64,000 nucleotides of DNA from an uncultured Mycoplasma sp. (GCA_946554525.1 CAMNSE010000003.1:28683-92682); one strand, 5' to 3'; positions 1-9,376 are shown, counted from the first letter of the stretch. Numbers and translations are program-made. Notes: generated by a model from the letters alone, not told the origin.

Positions 1-33
1 GAAATTGAACTTGTTTCTTTAAAATAAAAAATT

Positions 34-58
34 ATCCCCAAATATTGGGGATTTTTTC
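34..58 (+). terminator. Rho-independent terminator of an upstream off-window gene
   Basis: Inverted repeat ATCCCCAA/TTGGGGAT followed by a T-run. Confidence 0.6.
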
Positions 59-133
59 ATGTCAAATGATTCTTTTCTATTGTATTTTATTTTGATATGT
101 TCTATAATTAATAATAGAATAGGAGGGGCCGTT

Positions 134-970
134 ATGAAAGGAACGAATAAAGTATCCTTAAAAAAAATAATACACATTATTGGCAAAATAATCTCTTGGG
201 TTTTATTTGTGCTTTTAATGATTACCGCGGTCTTTCTTTTGTACTATTATGTAGCAACGAAAGTATATACTAAAAAAGGACATGGATATGAACCTAAATT
301 TTCTATATACACCATCATTAGTCAGTCCATGACCCCAAATATAAAAGTTTACGATGCTGTAGTTGATATTAGAGTAGATGACCCTACTAATATTGAAGTA
401 GGAGATGTTATTACTTTTATTTCTACTAGCTTATTAACGCCTGGAATGACTATTACTCATAGAGTAAAAGCAATTACAACTGATAGTTCAGGGCAAGTTT
501 GCTATGTTACAAAAGGTGATTACAATTCGGTAGAAGATGATTCATGTGCTAAATTTAATAATATATTAGGTAAGGTAATGTTTAAGATTCCTCAAATTGG
601 AAGAGTCCAAAAATTGCTTGCTTCTAAAGCAGGATGGCTACTTTTTATTATGCTGCCAGCATTGTTTATTATTTCTAAAGATATTGTTAAAATGGCAAAA
701 CTTGCAGGAATTAGTGATAAAGCATCAAAAGTAAGTGAAAAGCCAAAACCTGATGAGAAAAAAATTGCCCAAGAAAAATTACGAAAAGAAGAATTAAAGA
801 GAAAGCTATTAAAAGAGGAAGACAGGCAACATTATCAAGAATATTATAAAGATCCAGTTATTCGAACCATTGATAAACGTAAGAATAAAGATACTAATAT
901 TTCTAAAACTAATAATATAAAGCCTAAAGTAAAGAATAAAAAGAATAATAAAAATAAAAAGAAGAGTTAG
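134..970 (+). CDS. sipW: Signal peptidase I, archaeal/ER (SipW-like, S26B) type, with Lys-rich C-terminal tail
   Basis: Motifs SQSMTP, ITHRV and TKGDYNSVEDD. N-terminal and second TM helix. Start moved to ATG 134 behind AGGAGGGG (121-128). Confidence 0.75.
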   Translation: MKGTNKVSLKKIIHIIGKIISWVLFVLLMITAVFLLYYYVATKVYTKKGHGYEPKFSIYTIISQSMTPNIKVYDAVVDIRVDDPTNIEVGDVITFISTSLLTPGMTITHRVKAITTDSSGQVCYVTKGDYNSVEDDSCAKFNNILGKVMFKIPQIGRVQKLLASKAGWLLFIMLPALFIISKDIVKMAKLAGISDKASKVSEKPKPDEKKIAQEKLRKEELKRKLLKEEDRQHYQEYYKDPVIRTIDKRKNKDTNISKTNNIKPKVKNKKNNKNKKKS

Positions 971-974
971 AAAT

Positions 975-2219
975 TTAATTCTTCTTTTGCTTTTTATTAA
1001 ATTCTCTTGCCATTAGTCCTTTCTTTATTAAATTTCCATATACTCTATCATTGATTATTAAATCAAATTCTCCTATAAACTCATAGAAATGAGGTTTAAA
1101 TCCTAATTTGAATTCATTTAGTCCATTATAAGGATTGCTTTCTGTAAAGTTACCTGTAAGACCATTTAAATCTAAAAATTTAAATTCTGATTTATAATAC
1201 TCTATTAAATTATAATGAAGAAAGTAATTGGCATTAAATATGCGATATTTTGGATCTATGCCACTAATGACAATATTAACTCGATTTTGATATTTAATTA
1301 CAAGTGCTCCAGCTAAATAAGATTCTAAATTATTTTTAAGTCCTCTTGATGCAATCTCAATATCATTTTTATATGCTAGTAGCGTTTTATCTGAATTCAT
1401 TTTTTCATTAAGTTTTTTTTCATTTGAATTACTAATTATTTCTTCTGAAATAATAGAATTATGTTCTAACTCTTTATCATAAAGTTTTTTACTATTTATT
1501 AAATATTTTTCATAGTTTATTTTTACTAAAAAGATGTCAGCTTGATTGGTTTTAGAAAACACATTGTAATAATTTTTATAATAGAATTCATTTACTTCTT
1601 TTTTATTTTTTATAAATGGGAGCAAAACATCTAGTTGCTCTCTATCTGCTTTAATGAATTCTAATCCTTTTTTATTAGCTTTTCTGATTTTATTCTTAGT
1701 GTTTTTTGATAAATGATCAAAGCTATATTCTTGTAAATTTATAATACCATTAAAACGTGGTAGAATAGATTCAAAGTGAAGATTATTTTTAAGTTTATTA
1801 TATCCTAGGTCTTTTAAATAATCCCTGATAATAATATTTTGATTATAATTTGTAATCTTAGTTTTAGGGTTTATTTCACCAATAGCTATTTCAGGATTGA
1901 TTTTAATAAAAGCGAGTTTTTTATGGTAATATTCTTTAATTTTTTTAGTGAAAATCTCTAATAGTTCTTGATCAAAATAATCAATTAAAAATCCTTTAGG
2001 AGCATATCCGTATTTATATAAGCCTATTTTTTTAATTAATATTAAACTAGCTGCTTTAATAATTCCTAATTCATCGACTAATCCTAATAATTCATATTCA
2101 TAATTATTTTCAGTCATGAATAGGGCATAAGAGGAAGATTCGTAATATGAACCTATTGGATGACTAGAAGCAAATGCATCAAACTCAGCAATAGATAATT
2201 CTTTTATATTCATGGACAT
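975..2219 (-). CDS. FemAB-family peptidoglycan interpeptide-bridge aminoacyltransferase
   Basis: 414 aa. N-terminus (EFDAF...SYYESSSYALFM...GYAPKGF) and overall size/layout are typical of the FemA/FemB/FemX family. Central coiled-coil-like insert. Confidence 0.65.
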   Translation of the reverse strand: MSMNIKELSIAEFDAFASSHPIGSYYESSSYALFMTENNYEYELLGLVDELGIIKAASLILIKKIGLYKYGYAPKGFLIDYFDQELLEIFTKKIKEYYHKKLAFIKINPEIAIGEINPKTKITNYNQNIIIRDYLKDLGYNKLKNNLHFESILPRFNGIINLQEYSFDHLSKNTKNKIRKANKKGLEFIKADREQLDVLLPFIKNKKEVNEFYYKNYYNVFSKTNQADIFLVKINYEKYLINSKKLYDKELEHNSIISEEIISNSNEKKLNEKMNSDKTLLAYKNDIEIASRGLKNNLESYLAGALVIKYQNRVNIVISGIDPKYRIFNANYFLHYNLIEYYKSEFKFLDLNGLTGNFTESNPYNGLNEFKLGFKPHFYEFIGEFDLIINDRVYGNLIKKGLMAREFNKKQKKN

Positions 2220-2328
2220 CCCCCTTTCTTAAAATAGGTTCATATTATAGCACAAAACTATGGGTTTGTCTAGGTTTTGATTGACTACTTAAAAATTTAT
2301 AGTATAATTAATATTAGGAGGATAAAGA

Positions 2329-2919
2329 ATGAAAAAGAAAGAAAAAACTATTGCTCAAAAGCTTCATATGGATTTTAAAAAGTTATTACTAGGTAGTATT
2401 TTATTAAATATTTTATTTTTAATATTTGGAATTATTATTTATATGAATCCTTATATTGCAGCATCTACAGCTGTTATTATTACAGGTATTTATTTTCTTA
2501 TTTTTGGAGTATTTGCTATTTTAGAATTTTTATCAAGAAAAATGAGTCCAATATTTCAATATAAAGTTTTTAGCGGAGTACTTGTAATTATCATAGGAAT
2601 ATTTATGATGGTAAATCCATTTAAAATTGCTAAAATATTAACTTTTGCTTTAGGAATCTATTTAATTGTTGTTTCTTTAGTAAAAGTAGTAGAGGCTTTC
2701 AAATTAAAAAAGTATGGATATGATGGATGGATACTTATGTTAGTTACTGCTATTTTAATTCTGATATTTGGGGTATTTATTACAATTAACCCAATGGCAG
2801 CGTTAGATATTGTAAAAGCAGCAGGAATCTTTATCATTTTATCTAGTCTTTTAGAGGTTTGTAATCTTGTTATGGTATATGGTAAAGCAAAAGAAATTGT
2901 TAAGCTATTTGAAGCTTAA
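2329..2919 (+). CDS. HdeD/DUF308-family membrane protein
   Basis: 196 aa with six regularly spaced TM helices and repeated G(I/V)xxIxxG pattern. RBS AGGAGG upstream. Confidence 0.55.
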   Translation: MKKKEKTIAQKLHMDFKKLLLGSILLNILFLIFGIIIYMNPYIAASTAVIITGIYFLIFGVFAILEFLSRKMSPIFQYKVFSGVLVIIIGIFMMVNPFKIAKILTFALGIYLIVVSLVKVVEAFKLKKYGYDGWILMLVTAILILIFGVFITINPMAALDIVKAAGIFIILSSLLEVCNLVMVYGKAKEIVKLFEA

Positions 2920-2937
2920 TTTAGAGATAGACAAAAA

Positions 2938-2962
2938 GTAAACCTAGCAGGTTTATTTTTTG
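2938..2962 (+). terminator. Rho-independent terminator
   Basis: AAACCT-AGC-AGGTTT hairpin followed by a T-run. Confidence 0.6.
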
Positions 2963-2997
2963 TTTGTAAAACATAAAATTTTTCAGAGTAATTTTAG

Positions 2998-3026
2998 TTT
3001 ACAAATTTAAAAAAGTTTGTTATACT
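2998..3026 (+). promoter_or_regulatory. Sigma-A-type promoter of the rpsF-ssb-rpsR operon (about 75-nt leader follows)
   Basis: TTTACA, 17 nt spacer, TGT-TATACT (extended -10). The structured leader before the RBS could be the S6:S18 autoregulatory leader, not verified. Confidence 0.45.
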
Positions 3027-3102
3027 AAATCCGAGTATTAAATTACTCCTTGCTTTAAAGTTAATTTAAAGCCGTATTTTAGACCATAAGGAGGTGGAAT
3101 GA

Positions 3103-3393
3103 ATGACTAATTATGAAATTATGTTCATCGTAAAAACTACTATGGAAGCTGATAAAGTAAAAGCTACAGTTTCAGCTATGAAAAAAATCATCACTGATGG
3201 TAAAGGAAAAATAGTAGAAGAAAAAGAAATGGGCGAAAAAAAATTAGCATATCCAATTAAGAAAGAATTAAACGGATACTACTATGTTTTAAAAGTAGAA
3301 GCAACTAGTGATGTTGTAAGCGAATTTGATCGTCGTGCTTCAATTGATGAAACAGTATTAAGACATTTAATTATTAAATTAGATGAGGAGTAA
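3103..3393 (+). CDS. rpsF: 30S ribosomal protein S6
   Basis: MTNYEIMFIV... typical S6 N-terminus. Conserved rpsF-ssb-rpsR synteny. Confidence 0.95.
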   Translation: MTNYEIMFIVKTTMEADKVKATVSAMKKIITDGKGKIVEEKEMGEKKLAYPIKKELNGYYYVLKVEATSDVVSEFDRRASIDETVLRHLIIKLDEE

Positions 3394-3396
3394 AAT

Positions 3397-3882
3397 ATGA
3401 ATAAGGTAATTTTAATCGGAAGACTCGCAAGAGATCCAGAACTAAGAACAACAGGAAGTAATTTAAGCGTTGCAACATTTGCAATTGCAGTGTCACGTCC
3501 ATTTAACCCAACAAATGGGGGACAGCCAGAAGCGGATTTTATAAACTGTGTTGTATGGCGTAAGCAAGCAGAAAACTTAGCTAAATATTGTCATAAGGGA
3601 AGTCAAGTAGCTGTGGAAGGTAGAATTCAAACTAGAAATTATACAGCTCAAGATGGATCAAAAAAATATGTTACAGAAGTTGTTTGCGATAATATTAGCT
3701 TCTTAGGAAGTAAATCTGATAATACAGGTTTTTCTTCTAATGAACCAGCTGGAAATTTTGAATCATCTGGATATACATCAACTCCTGATGTAGCAAATAT
3801 GCCTACAACAGATATAAGCGAGGATCCATTTAAAGATTTTGGTGAAGAAATCACTCTTAGTGATGATGATTTACCATTCTAA
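3397..3882 (+). CDS. ssb: Single-stranded DNA-binding protein
   Basis: OB-fold N-terminus MNKVILIGRLARDPELR and acidic C-terminal tip DDDLPF. Confidence 0.95.
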   Translation: MNKVILIGRLARDPELRTTGSNLSVATFAIAVSRPFNPTNGGQPEADFINCVVWRKQAENLAKYCHKGSQVAVEGRIQTRNYTAQDGSKKYVTEVVCDNISFLGSKSDNTGFSSNEPAGNFESSGYTSTPDVANMPTTDISEDPFKDFGEEITLSDDDLPF

Positions 3883-3902
3883 CTATAAAAGGAGGAAAGA
3901 AA

Positions 3903-4118
3903 ATGGCAGAATTTTATCGTAAGAAAAAGAAAATTTGTCAAATGTGTGCTGGAAAAAGCGTAGATTATAAAGATGTTATGATTATTAATAAATATATTAA
4001 TGATAAAGGCAAAATTATGCCTAGACGTATGACAGGAGCTTGTGCTAAACACCAAAGACATATTGCAAGACAAATAAAATATGCAAGATTTATGGCTTTA
4101 ATACCATTTGTTAAATAA
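3903..4118 (+). CDS. rpsR: 30S ribosomal protein S18
   Basis: 71 aa with ...IDYKDV..L.KYI...GKI.PRR.TG.CAKHQR.IA..IK.AR pattern; synteny. Confidence 0.95.
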   Translation: MAEFYRKKKKICQMCAGKSVDYKDVMIINKYINDKGKIMPRRMTGACAKHQRHIARQIKYARFMALIPFVK

Positions 4119-4119
4119 T

Positions 4120-4140
4120 AAGTACTTCGGTACTTTTTTC
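4120..4140 (+). terminator. Rho-independent terminator after rpsR
   Basis: AAGTAC-TTCG-GTACTT hairpin plus T-run. Confidence 0.75.
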
Positions 4141-4232
4141 TTTGCAAAAAAATAGAAGTTTTGGGAACCTTTGTCGAACGTGTTTAAAATATTTTTATTT
4201 TGTTCTATATTATAGTAGACAAAGGTGATATT

Positions 4233-4565
4233 ATGTTAAAAGTTGATATGAAGTATGAAAAGGGAATTTTATATGTAAGACTAAAGGGTGAGCTTACAAG
4301 GAAAATGTGTTATAAGATTAATAACTATGTAGTTCCTGCTGTACTTAAGCATAAAATTAAATATTTAGTATTTAATTTATTTGAATTAGCTGATATTGAT
4401 GAATCGGGAATGGACTCACTTCTTAATACTAAATGTGCAATTAGATGTAATAAAGGAAAAATTTGCTTGTGTGAAGTAAGTGATGAAATTAGAGAAAAAA
4501 TTAAAAAACTCAGAATACGTGTAGCTTCTAATGAACTTGCTGCTTATAGGTTGATTGAAATCTAA
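4233..4565 (+). CDS. STAS-domain anti-sigma-factor antagonist (SpoIIAA/RsbV-like)
   Basis: About 110 aa with L.V.L.GEL...........FN....IDESGMDSLL pattern, which has the conserved phospho-Ser context (DESG). Stop overlaps the sigma gene start (TAATG). Confidence 0.7.
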   Translation: MLKVDMKYEKGILYVRLKGELTRKMCYKINNYVVPAVLKHKIKYLVFNLFELADIDESGMDSLLNTKCAIRCNKGKICLCEVSDEIREKIKKLRIRVASNELAAYRLIEI

Positions 4566-5206
4566 TGAATACTAATGAACTTATTGATCTGCATATGGGT
4601 CTAATTAAAAAAATAGCAAGTAAATTTTATAATATGGATAAAGAAGATTTAATTCAGGTAGGTGTTATTGGTCTTTTAAAAGCTTATCAAAATTTTAAAG
4701 ATAATGGCATATCTAAGTTTAGTACTTATGCCTATTCTTACATTTTTGGGGAAATGTATCAATTAGCACAACAAAATAGAAATTTAAAAGTAAGTAAAGA
4801 TTTGCTTAAAATTTATAAATGTGTAGAAAAAACTAGATATGAACTTGCGCAAAGAATGAATAGAATTCCTACGAATGAAGAAGTAGCATTGTTCTTAGAA
4901 CTTGATGTAAATACGGTAGATGATGCAGTTGTTAGTGCTCAAGAAATGATGCAATTAGATAACGATAATAGTGAAATGAATCTTCATGAAATCTTGCCTG
5001 ATAATAATAAGCAAGATATTGATTTAAAGCTTGATTTAGATCAAAGTTTTAAGGTTTTAAACCCAGAAGAGCAAGAAATTATAAAATCAAGATATTATGA
5101 AGACTTGACTCAAAGTGAAGTTGCTAAAAAGCTTAATATGACACAAGTAATGGTCTCACGATATGAGAAAAAAAGTTTAGAAAAAATGCGAGTCTTAATG
5201 AGATAA
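4565..5206 (+). CDS. Group-3 sigma-70 family factor (SigF/SigG/SigB-like)
   Basis: Region 2 (DLIQVGVIGLLKAYQNF...FSTYAYSYIFGEM) and region 4.2 HTH (LTQSEVAKKLNMTQVMVSRYEKKSLEKMR). Confidence 0.85.
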   Translation: MNTNELIDLHMGLIKKIASKFYNMDKEDLIQVGVIGLLKAYQNFKDNGISKFSTYAYSYIFGEMYQLAQQNRNLKVSKDLLKIYKCVEKTRYELAQRMNRIPTNEEVALFLELDVNTVDDAVVSAQEMMQLDNDNSEMNLHEILPDNNKQDIDLKLDLDQSFKVLNPEEQEIIKSRYYEDLTQSEVAKKLNMTQVMVSRYEKKSLEKMRVLMR

Positions 5207-5235
5207 AAACTTTAGGTTTCCCTAAAGTTTTTTCT
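5206..5235 (+). terminator. Rho-independent terminator
   Basis: AAAACTTTAGG-TTTC-CCTAAAGTTTT hairpin followed by Ts. Confidence 0.8.
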
Positions 5236-5262
5236 GTGCTAAAATATAATTAGGTGGTTGTT

Positions 5263-6213
5263 ATGTTAAAGGTAGAAGAACTAGGAAAGTATGTAGATGT
5301 TTTAGATATACCAGAAGATTGGTATACTTATTATGATGAAGCTGTAAATAGTTTTGATGAATCTTGGTATAATGCTGAAGAATTAGAAAGCATAATTAGT
5401 TATTATAATTTTGATGAAGAATTTACAGAAAATTTAAGAGATTTATGGTATATAGTGAATTGTGATATTAATTTAATTTTTTTAGTTTACTTATGGTATT
5501 ATATTTTATATAAAGCTAAAATAAGTAAAAGAACTAAGTGGAAATATAATCTAAATTATTTTAGAAATAATGGCTCTTTATATATGCCAGTATTATCAAT
5601 GCTAATGGGTTATAAAATTCATGAAGATAATATGCGTAATTATGATGAAGAGCAAAGAAACATTCAAAAGAAAATAATTAAAGATATATGCACTTTTGAT
5701 GAAGACGTTTACAATATTCCAGGCATGCGTTTTAGTAATATGGAGTGGGGTTCTAGATTTATAAGAGGCCAGATTATCCAAATGGGGATATTACAATATG
5801 AGCTTAAAAAAGAATTCTTAGATGGCAATGATGTTATATTCATACATATACCAAGAGGAGCTAAATTAACTAAAGAAAATGTAGAAGCATCTTTTAAAAA
5901 TAAAGATAAAGTAATTAAACTATTTAATGTATCAAAAGATATTTTATTTGTATGTGAAAGTTGGCTTCTTAGTGAAGAGTTAAGAGATATTTTAGATGAT
6001 GATAGTAATATACTAAATTTTCAAAAGTATTTTAATATAATAGAGCTAAAGGAAAACACTAGTGATTTTGTTAAGTTTATATTTAATGAGCCATTTAATG
6101 TTGATAATTATGAATTATTAAAAGAGGATAATAAATTACAAAAGAAAATTAAAGATAAGCTAATAAAAAATGAAACGTTACATATTGGGTTTGGAATTTT
6201 AAAAGATATTTAA
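5263..6213 (+). CDS. Hypothetical protein
   Basis: Long ORF with RBS AGGTGG before ATG 5263. No motif I can name with confidence. Confidence 0.6.
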   Translation: MLKVEELGKYVDVLDIPEDWYTYYDEAVNSFDESWYNAEELESIISYYNFDEEFTENLRDLWYIVNCDINLIFLVYLWYYILYKAKISKRTKWKYNLNYFRNNGSLYMPVLSMLMGYKIHEDNMRNYDEEQRNIQKKIIKDICTFDEDVYNIPGMRFSNMEWGSRFIRGQIIQMGILQYELKKEFLDGNDVIFIHIPRGAKLTKENVEASFKNKDKVIKLFNVSKDILFVCESWLLSEELRDILDDDSNILNFQKYFNIIELKENTSDFVKFIFNEPFNVDNYELLKEDNKLQKKIKDKLIKNETLHIGFGILKDI

Positions 6214-6247
6214 TGTTAGTATAATTTGTGATATAATAGTATCACAT

Positions 6248-6323
6248 GCTGAAGTAGCTCAGTCGGTAGAGCAACGCACTCGTAATGCGTAGGTCGTAGG
6301 TTCGATTCCTATCTTCAGCACCA
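6248..6323 (+). tRNA. tRNA-Thr (anticodon CGT)
   Basis: Cloverleaf folded by hand: acceptor GCTGAAG/CTTCAGC, D arm GCTC..GAGC, anticodon stem ACGCA/TGCGT with loop CTCGTAA, T arm GTAGG-TTCGATT-CCTAT, encoded CCA. Confidence 0.9.
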
Positions 6324-6370
6324 TAATTGTTAATATTCGCATAATAGCGATAATTTTAGGAGGAATAAAT

Positions 6371-7108
6371 ATGTTAAAAGGAAAAGTTGCAATTATTACA
6401 GGAGGAACTAGGGGGATAGGATTTGAAATAGCAAAAGTTTTTAAAGAGAACCGTGCAGAAGTTATTATCTTGGGATCTAAAGAAGATTCCGTTAATAATG
6501 CTATTTTAAAATTAAAAGAAGAGGGATATGAAGTTTCGGGATATTATCCTAACTTGAATAATTATGAGGAAAGTGAAAGAGTCGTAAAAGAAGTCTTTGA
6601 AAAATATGGACATATTGATATTTTAGTAAATAATGCTGGTATTTCAGCTAACAAAAAAATTGAAGAAACAACTTCTGAGGATTTTGCTAAAATTATGAAT
6701 TTAAATGTTAATGCGATATTTAATATGTCAAAAGCAGTAGTGCCTTATATGAAGAATAATCATGGTGGAGTAATACTTAATACCAGTAGTATGGTAAGTA
6801 TTTATGGTCAACCATCAGGTGTGGGATATCCAGCTTCAAAGTTTGCAGTTAATGGTATTACTAAATCACTTGCAAGAGAGCTAGCGCCATTTAATATTAG
6901 AGTAAATGCCGTAGCTCCAGGTGTTACAAGAACCGATATGATTGCATCTTTACCTGAAGAGCAAATTGCTCCTATCATAAAAACTATTCCAATGGGAAGA
7001 ATTGGAGAGCCTAGAGATATAGCTAATGCATTTTTATTCTTAGCGAGTGATTTGGCAAGTTATATTACAGGAAATATTTTATCTGTAGATGGAGCAGCAA
7101 GAAGCTAA
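6371..7108 (+). CDS. Short-chain dehydrogenase/reductase (FabG-like 3-oxoacyl reductase family)
   Basis: TGGTRGIG cofactor motif, NNAG, catalytic YxxxK (YPASK), C-terminal ITGxxLxVDGG-like end. Confidence 0.85.
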   Translation: MLKGKVAIITGGTRGIGFEIAKVFKENRAEVIILGSKEDSVNNAILKLKEEGYEVSGYYPNLNNYEESERVVKEVFEKYGHIDILVNNAGISANKKIEETTSEDFAKIMNLNVNAIFNMSKAVVPYMKNNHGGVILNTSSMVSIYGQPSGVGYPASKFAVNGITKSLARELAPFNIRVNAVAPGVTRTDMIASLPEEQIAPIIKTIPMGRIGEPRDIANAFLFLASDLASYITGNILSVDGAARS

Positions 7109-7713
7109 TGAAAAATAAGAAAATAACAAGAAAAATCACACAAGGAATGTATGTTCTTACCACTCAAGGCGGTGGATGTATGGTAGATGCTGTTTCTATG
7201 GTTAGTGCGGGAGATAATCCTTTAATTGCTGTTGCGGTGATGAAAAGTAATTATACTAATGAGTTAATGCATAATAATGATACTTTTGCTTTATCAGTTT
7301 TAGGGATGGACGTAAATCCAGATATTATTAAGACATTTGGACTAAATTCAATGCGAGACATTGATAAGTTTTCAAAGGTAAAAACTAGAGCAGTTCATAA
7401 TCTAAATGTTATTGATGATTCCTTAGGATATATGATTTTAGAAAAAGTTGATTTTATTGATACAGGAACTCATACATTATTTATTGGACGTCTTGTTGAA
7501 GCAGATGTTTATAAAGATAGTGAAGCTATGAGCTATGGCTATTATCAAGAACATAAAGAAGATTTATTAAAAGTTGAAACTGAAAAAGGAAAAACAGCTT
7601 GGGTATGTACACTTTGTGGTTATGTATATTATGGAGAAAATTTGCCAGAAGATTTTAAATGTCCTCTTTGCGGAGCAAGCTGGGAATTTTTTGAAAAGAA
7701 AATTAATATGTAA
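7108..7713 (+). CDS. Flavin reductase-like domain fused to a C-terminal rubredoxin
   Basis: C-terminal WVCTLCGYVY...FKCPLCGA (two CxxC pairs). The N-terminal 150 aa resembles the flavin reductase split barrel. Confidence 0.7.
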   Translation: MKNKKITRKITQGMYVLTTQGGGCMVDAVSMVSAGDNPLIAVAVMKSNYTNELMHNNDTFALSVLGMDVNPDIIKTFGLNSMRDIDKFSKVKTRAVHNLNVIDDSLGYMILEKVDFIDTGTHTLFIGRLVEADVYKDSEAMSYGYYQEHKEDLLKVETEKGKTAWVCTLCGYVYYGENLPEDFKCPLCGASWEFFEKKINM

Positions 7714-7849
7714 AATTGAAGTTGTAAGATAAAAGTGTACACAAAAAAAGCGTATGCTTTTATTTTTGATATAATTATTTGTCAAGAAGATATTATATAA
7801 TTGCATTTGGTAATTAATGTGTTATAATGTAGATACGAGGAGGCATATT

Positions 7850-8332
7850 ATGAATAATATAGTAGTAAGTTTTGGATACAATACTGAGCAAAACAGCTAT
7901 GGCTTTACTGCTTGGAACAATATGGGCACTAAATACAATTTTAATATTGAGGGAAATGCTTTAGGAATTTTTTCTAGTAATGGTCACAATTATTTATTAT
8001 CCCAAATAACTAGATCTTTTGGTGATGATTGTATGGTTGGCACTGTTGATGCGAGAGAGATTATAGTAGAAAGCCCAGAAGTTTTGCTTTCTAATAATGA
8101 ACCTACTATGGAAAGCATGACAATTTCTAGAATGCTAAGTACTGCAATGTTCAAAAAAGAATTAGCATCTGGAATTAGTTTAGAACAAACTATAGCTTGT
8201 AAAGAATTAGCAAGATTAGGAATAGACCTTGTTAGGCAAAGTGTTGAATTACCTGAAAAAGTTACAGTTTGTGGAATAGAAAGTGAACATTTTAGATACT
8301 TTCAAGAAAAATATATGGGTAAATCAAAATAA
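7850..8332 (+). CDS. Hypothetical protein
   Basis: ORF with GAGGAGG RBS directly before ATG 7850. Confidence 0.55.
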   Translation: MNNIVVSFGYNTEQNSYGFTAWNNMGTKYNFNIEGNALGIFSSNGHNYLLSQITRSFGDDCMVGTVDAREIIVESPEVLLSNNEPTMESMTISRMLSTAMFKKELASGISLEQTIACKELARLGIDLVRQSVELPEKVTVCGIESEHFRYFQEKYMGKSK

Positions 8333-8341
8333 TCATCTGTT

Positions 8342-8367
8342 GAAATGGTATTTCCATTTCTTTTTTT
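8342..8367 (+). terminator. Rho-independent terminator
   Basis: GAAATGG-loop-CCATTTC followed by T7. Confidence 0.7.
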
Positions 8368-8415
8368 ATGTTTTTGAATAATATACAGTAGGCGTATATA
8401 AGAGGAGTGTATTTC

Positions 8416-8928
8416 ATGTTTATAACAAATACTGTAGATAACTGGCTTACTTTATTTTATAAGCTAAATGATATTATAAAGTTTTTTGGGCATAGAATTA
8501 TTTATGAAACGATTACTAAACTGAATGAAAAAGAAGCAAGTAATATATTAATTACTGCATTTAATGAAGTGGGATTTAATAGAAGTGAGGCGTTAGTGAT
8601 ATTAAATAATATTAAAGGTGTATATTTATATGATTCTATTATTTCTAGTATACAAGAAGTAAGAGATAGATGCGGAATTACAAATATAATATTATTGTTT
8701 AGCGTGAGAAAAATTAAATTACAAGAAAAAGATGAAATATTTTTAGCAAGAGGATTAACTCCATTTATAAGAAATAGCTGTTTTGAACTCTTAAACGATG
8801 ATGAATTTATTTTGTTAGGAGAAGAGAAAATAATTTTATATATTAATAATTTTCATATTAATCCATACATTTTACCTATAAAAAATGATTTAACTTGTAA
8901 AGGCCCTGTGCTTAAAAGAGGTAATTAA
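8416..8928 (+). CDS. Hypothetical protein
   Basis: ORF with AAGAGGAG RBS before ATG 8416. Confidence 0.5.
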   Translation: MFITNTVDNWLTLFYKLNDIIKFFGHRIIYETITKLNEKEASNILITAFNEVGFNRSEALVILNNIKGVYLYDSIISSIQEVRDRCGITNIILLFSVRKIKLQEKDEIFLARGLTPFIRNSCFELLNDDEFILLGEEKIILYINNFHINPYILPIKNDLTCKGPVLKRGN

Positions 8929-8989
8929 CATAGTGCAAGGCTAAAAATGGGGGACTTTATAAACTTGAATCCATTTTTACTAAAAACAA

Positions 8990-9018
8990 TTGATTTTTTG
9001 TTTTCTTTGTAATATAAT
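8990..9018 (+). promoter_or_regulatory. Sigma-A-type promoter of rpsO (84-nt leader follows)
   Basis: TTGATT, 17 nt spacer, TATAAT. Confidence 0.55.
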
Positions 9019-9102
9019 GTTATTGAAGTTTGATCTCAGTTTTAATTTACTCCTTAAATTATTTCTTAGATGAAACCGATTATTAGACGAAGGAGGACTT
9101 TT

Positions 9103-9375
9103 ATGGCAAAAATTACAAAAGAAGAAAAAGCTAAATTAATCAAAGAATTTGGTAAAAACGCAAATGACTGTGGTTCAGCTGAAGTACAAATTGCAATTTT
9201 AACAAAAGATATCGAAAATTTAACTAAGCATATGAGTGAACATAAACATGACTATCATTCAAATCGTGGCCTTTTAATGAAAGTTGGTAAAAGAAAAAAA
9301 TTACTTGCTTACTTAAAAGAAAATGACGTTGTTAGTTATCGTAATGTAATTAGCAAATTAAACTTAAGAAAATAA
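9103..9375 (+). CDS. rpsO: 30S ribosomal protein S15
   Basis: [14 protein letters not shown]....D.GS.EVQIA.LT..I..LT.H...HKHD.HS.RGLL. Start at ATG 9103 after AGGAGG. Confidence 0.95.
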   Translation: MAKITKEEKAKLIKEFGKNANDCGSAEVQIAILTKDIENLTKHMSEHKHDYHSNRGLLMKVGKRKKLLAYLKENDVVSYRNVISKLNLRK

Positions 9376-9376
9376 G

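Noticed and set aside
59-133. Longer N-terminal extensions proposed by the ORF track, with starts at 59, 4200, 5254, 7817, 8407, 9070, 9393, 25208, 25953, 34194, 44095, 50215, 51962, 53222, 55463, 58115 and 62083, and minus-strand starts at 12144, 47353 and 60037
   Set aside because: In each case an in-frame ATG further downstream is preceded at 6-10 nt by a GGAGG-like RBS and gives the family-typical N-terminus. The extensions run through promoters, terminators or leaders.
3648-4147. Antisense or alternative-frame ORFs overlapping ssb and rpsR (3648..3854, 3879..4073, 3965..4147)
   Set aside because: They overlap universally conserved genes on the opposite strand, so they are spurious. Other track ORFs are rejected for the same reason: 7567..7806, 13057..13308, 16984..17208, 19285..19473, 19627..19863, 23966..24178, 40234..40470, 40558..40746, 49745..49963, 50721..51023, 51266..51517, 51836..52021, 56940..57203, 60854..61042 and 61017..61211.
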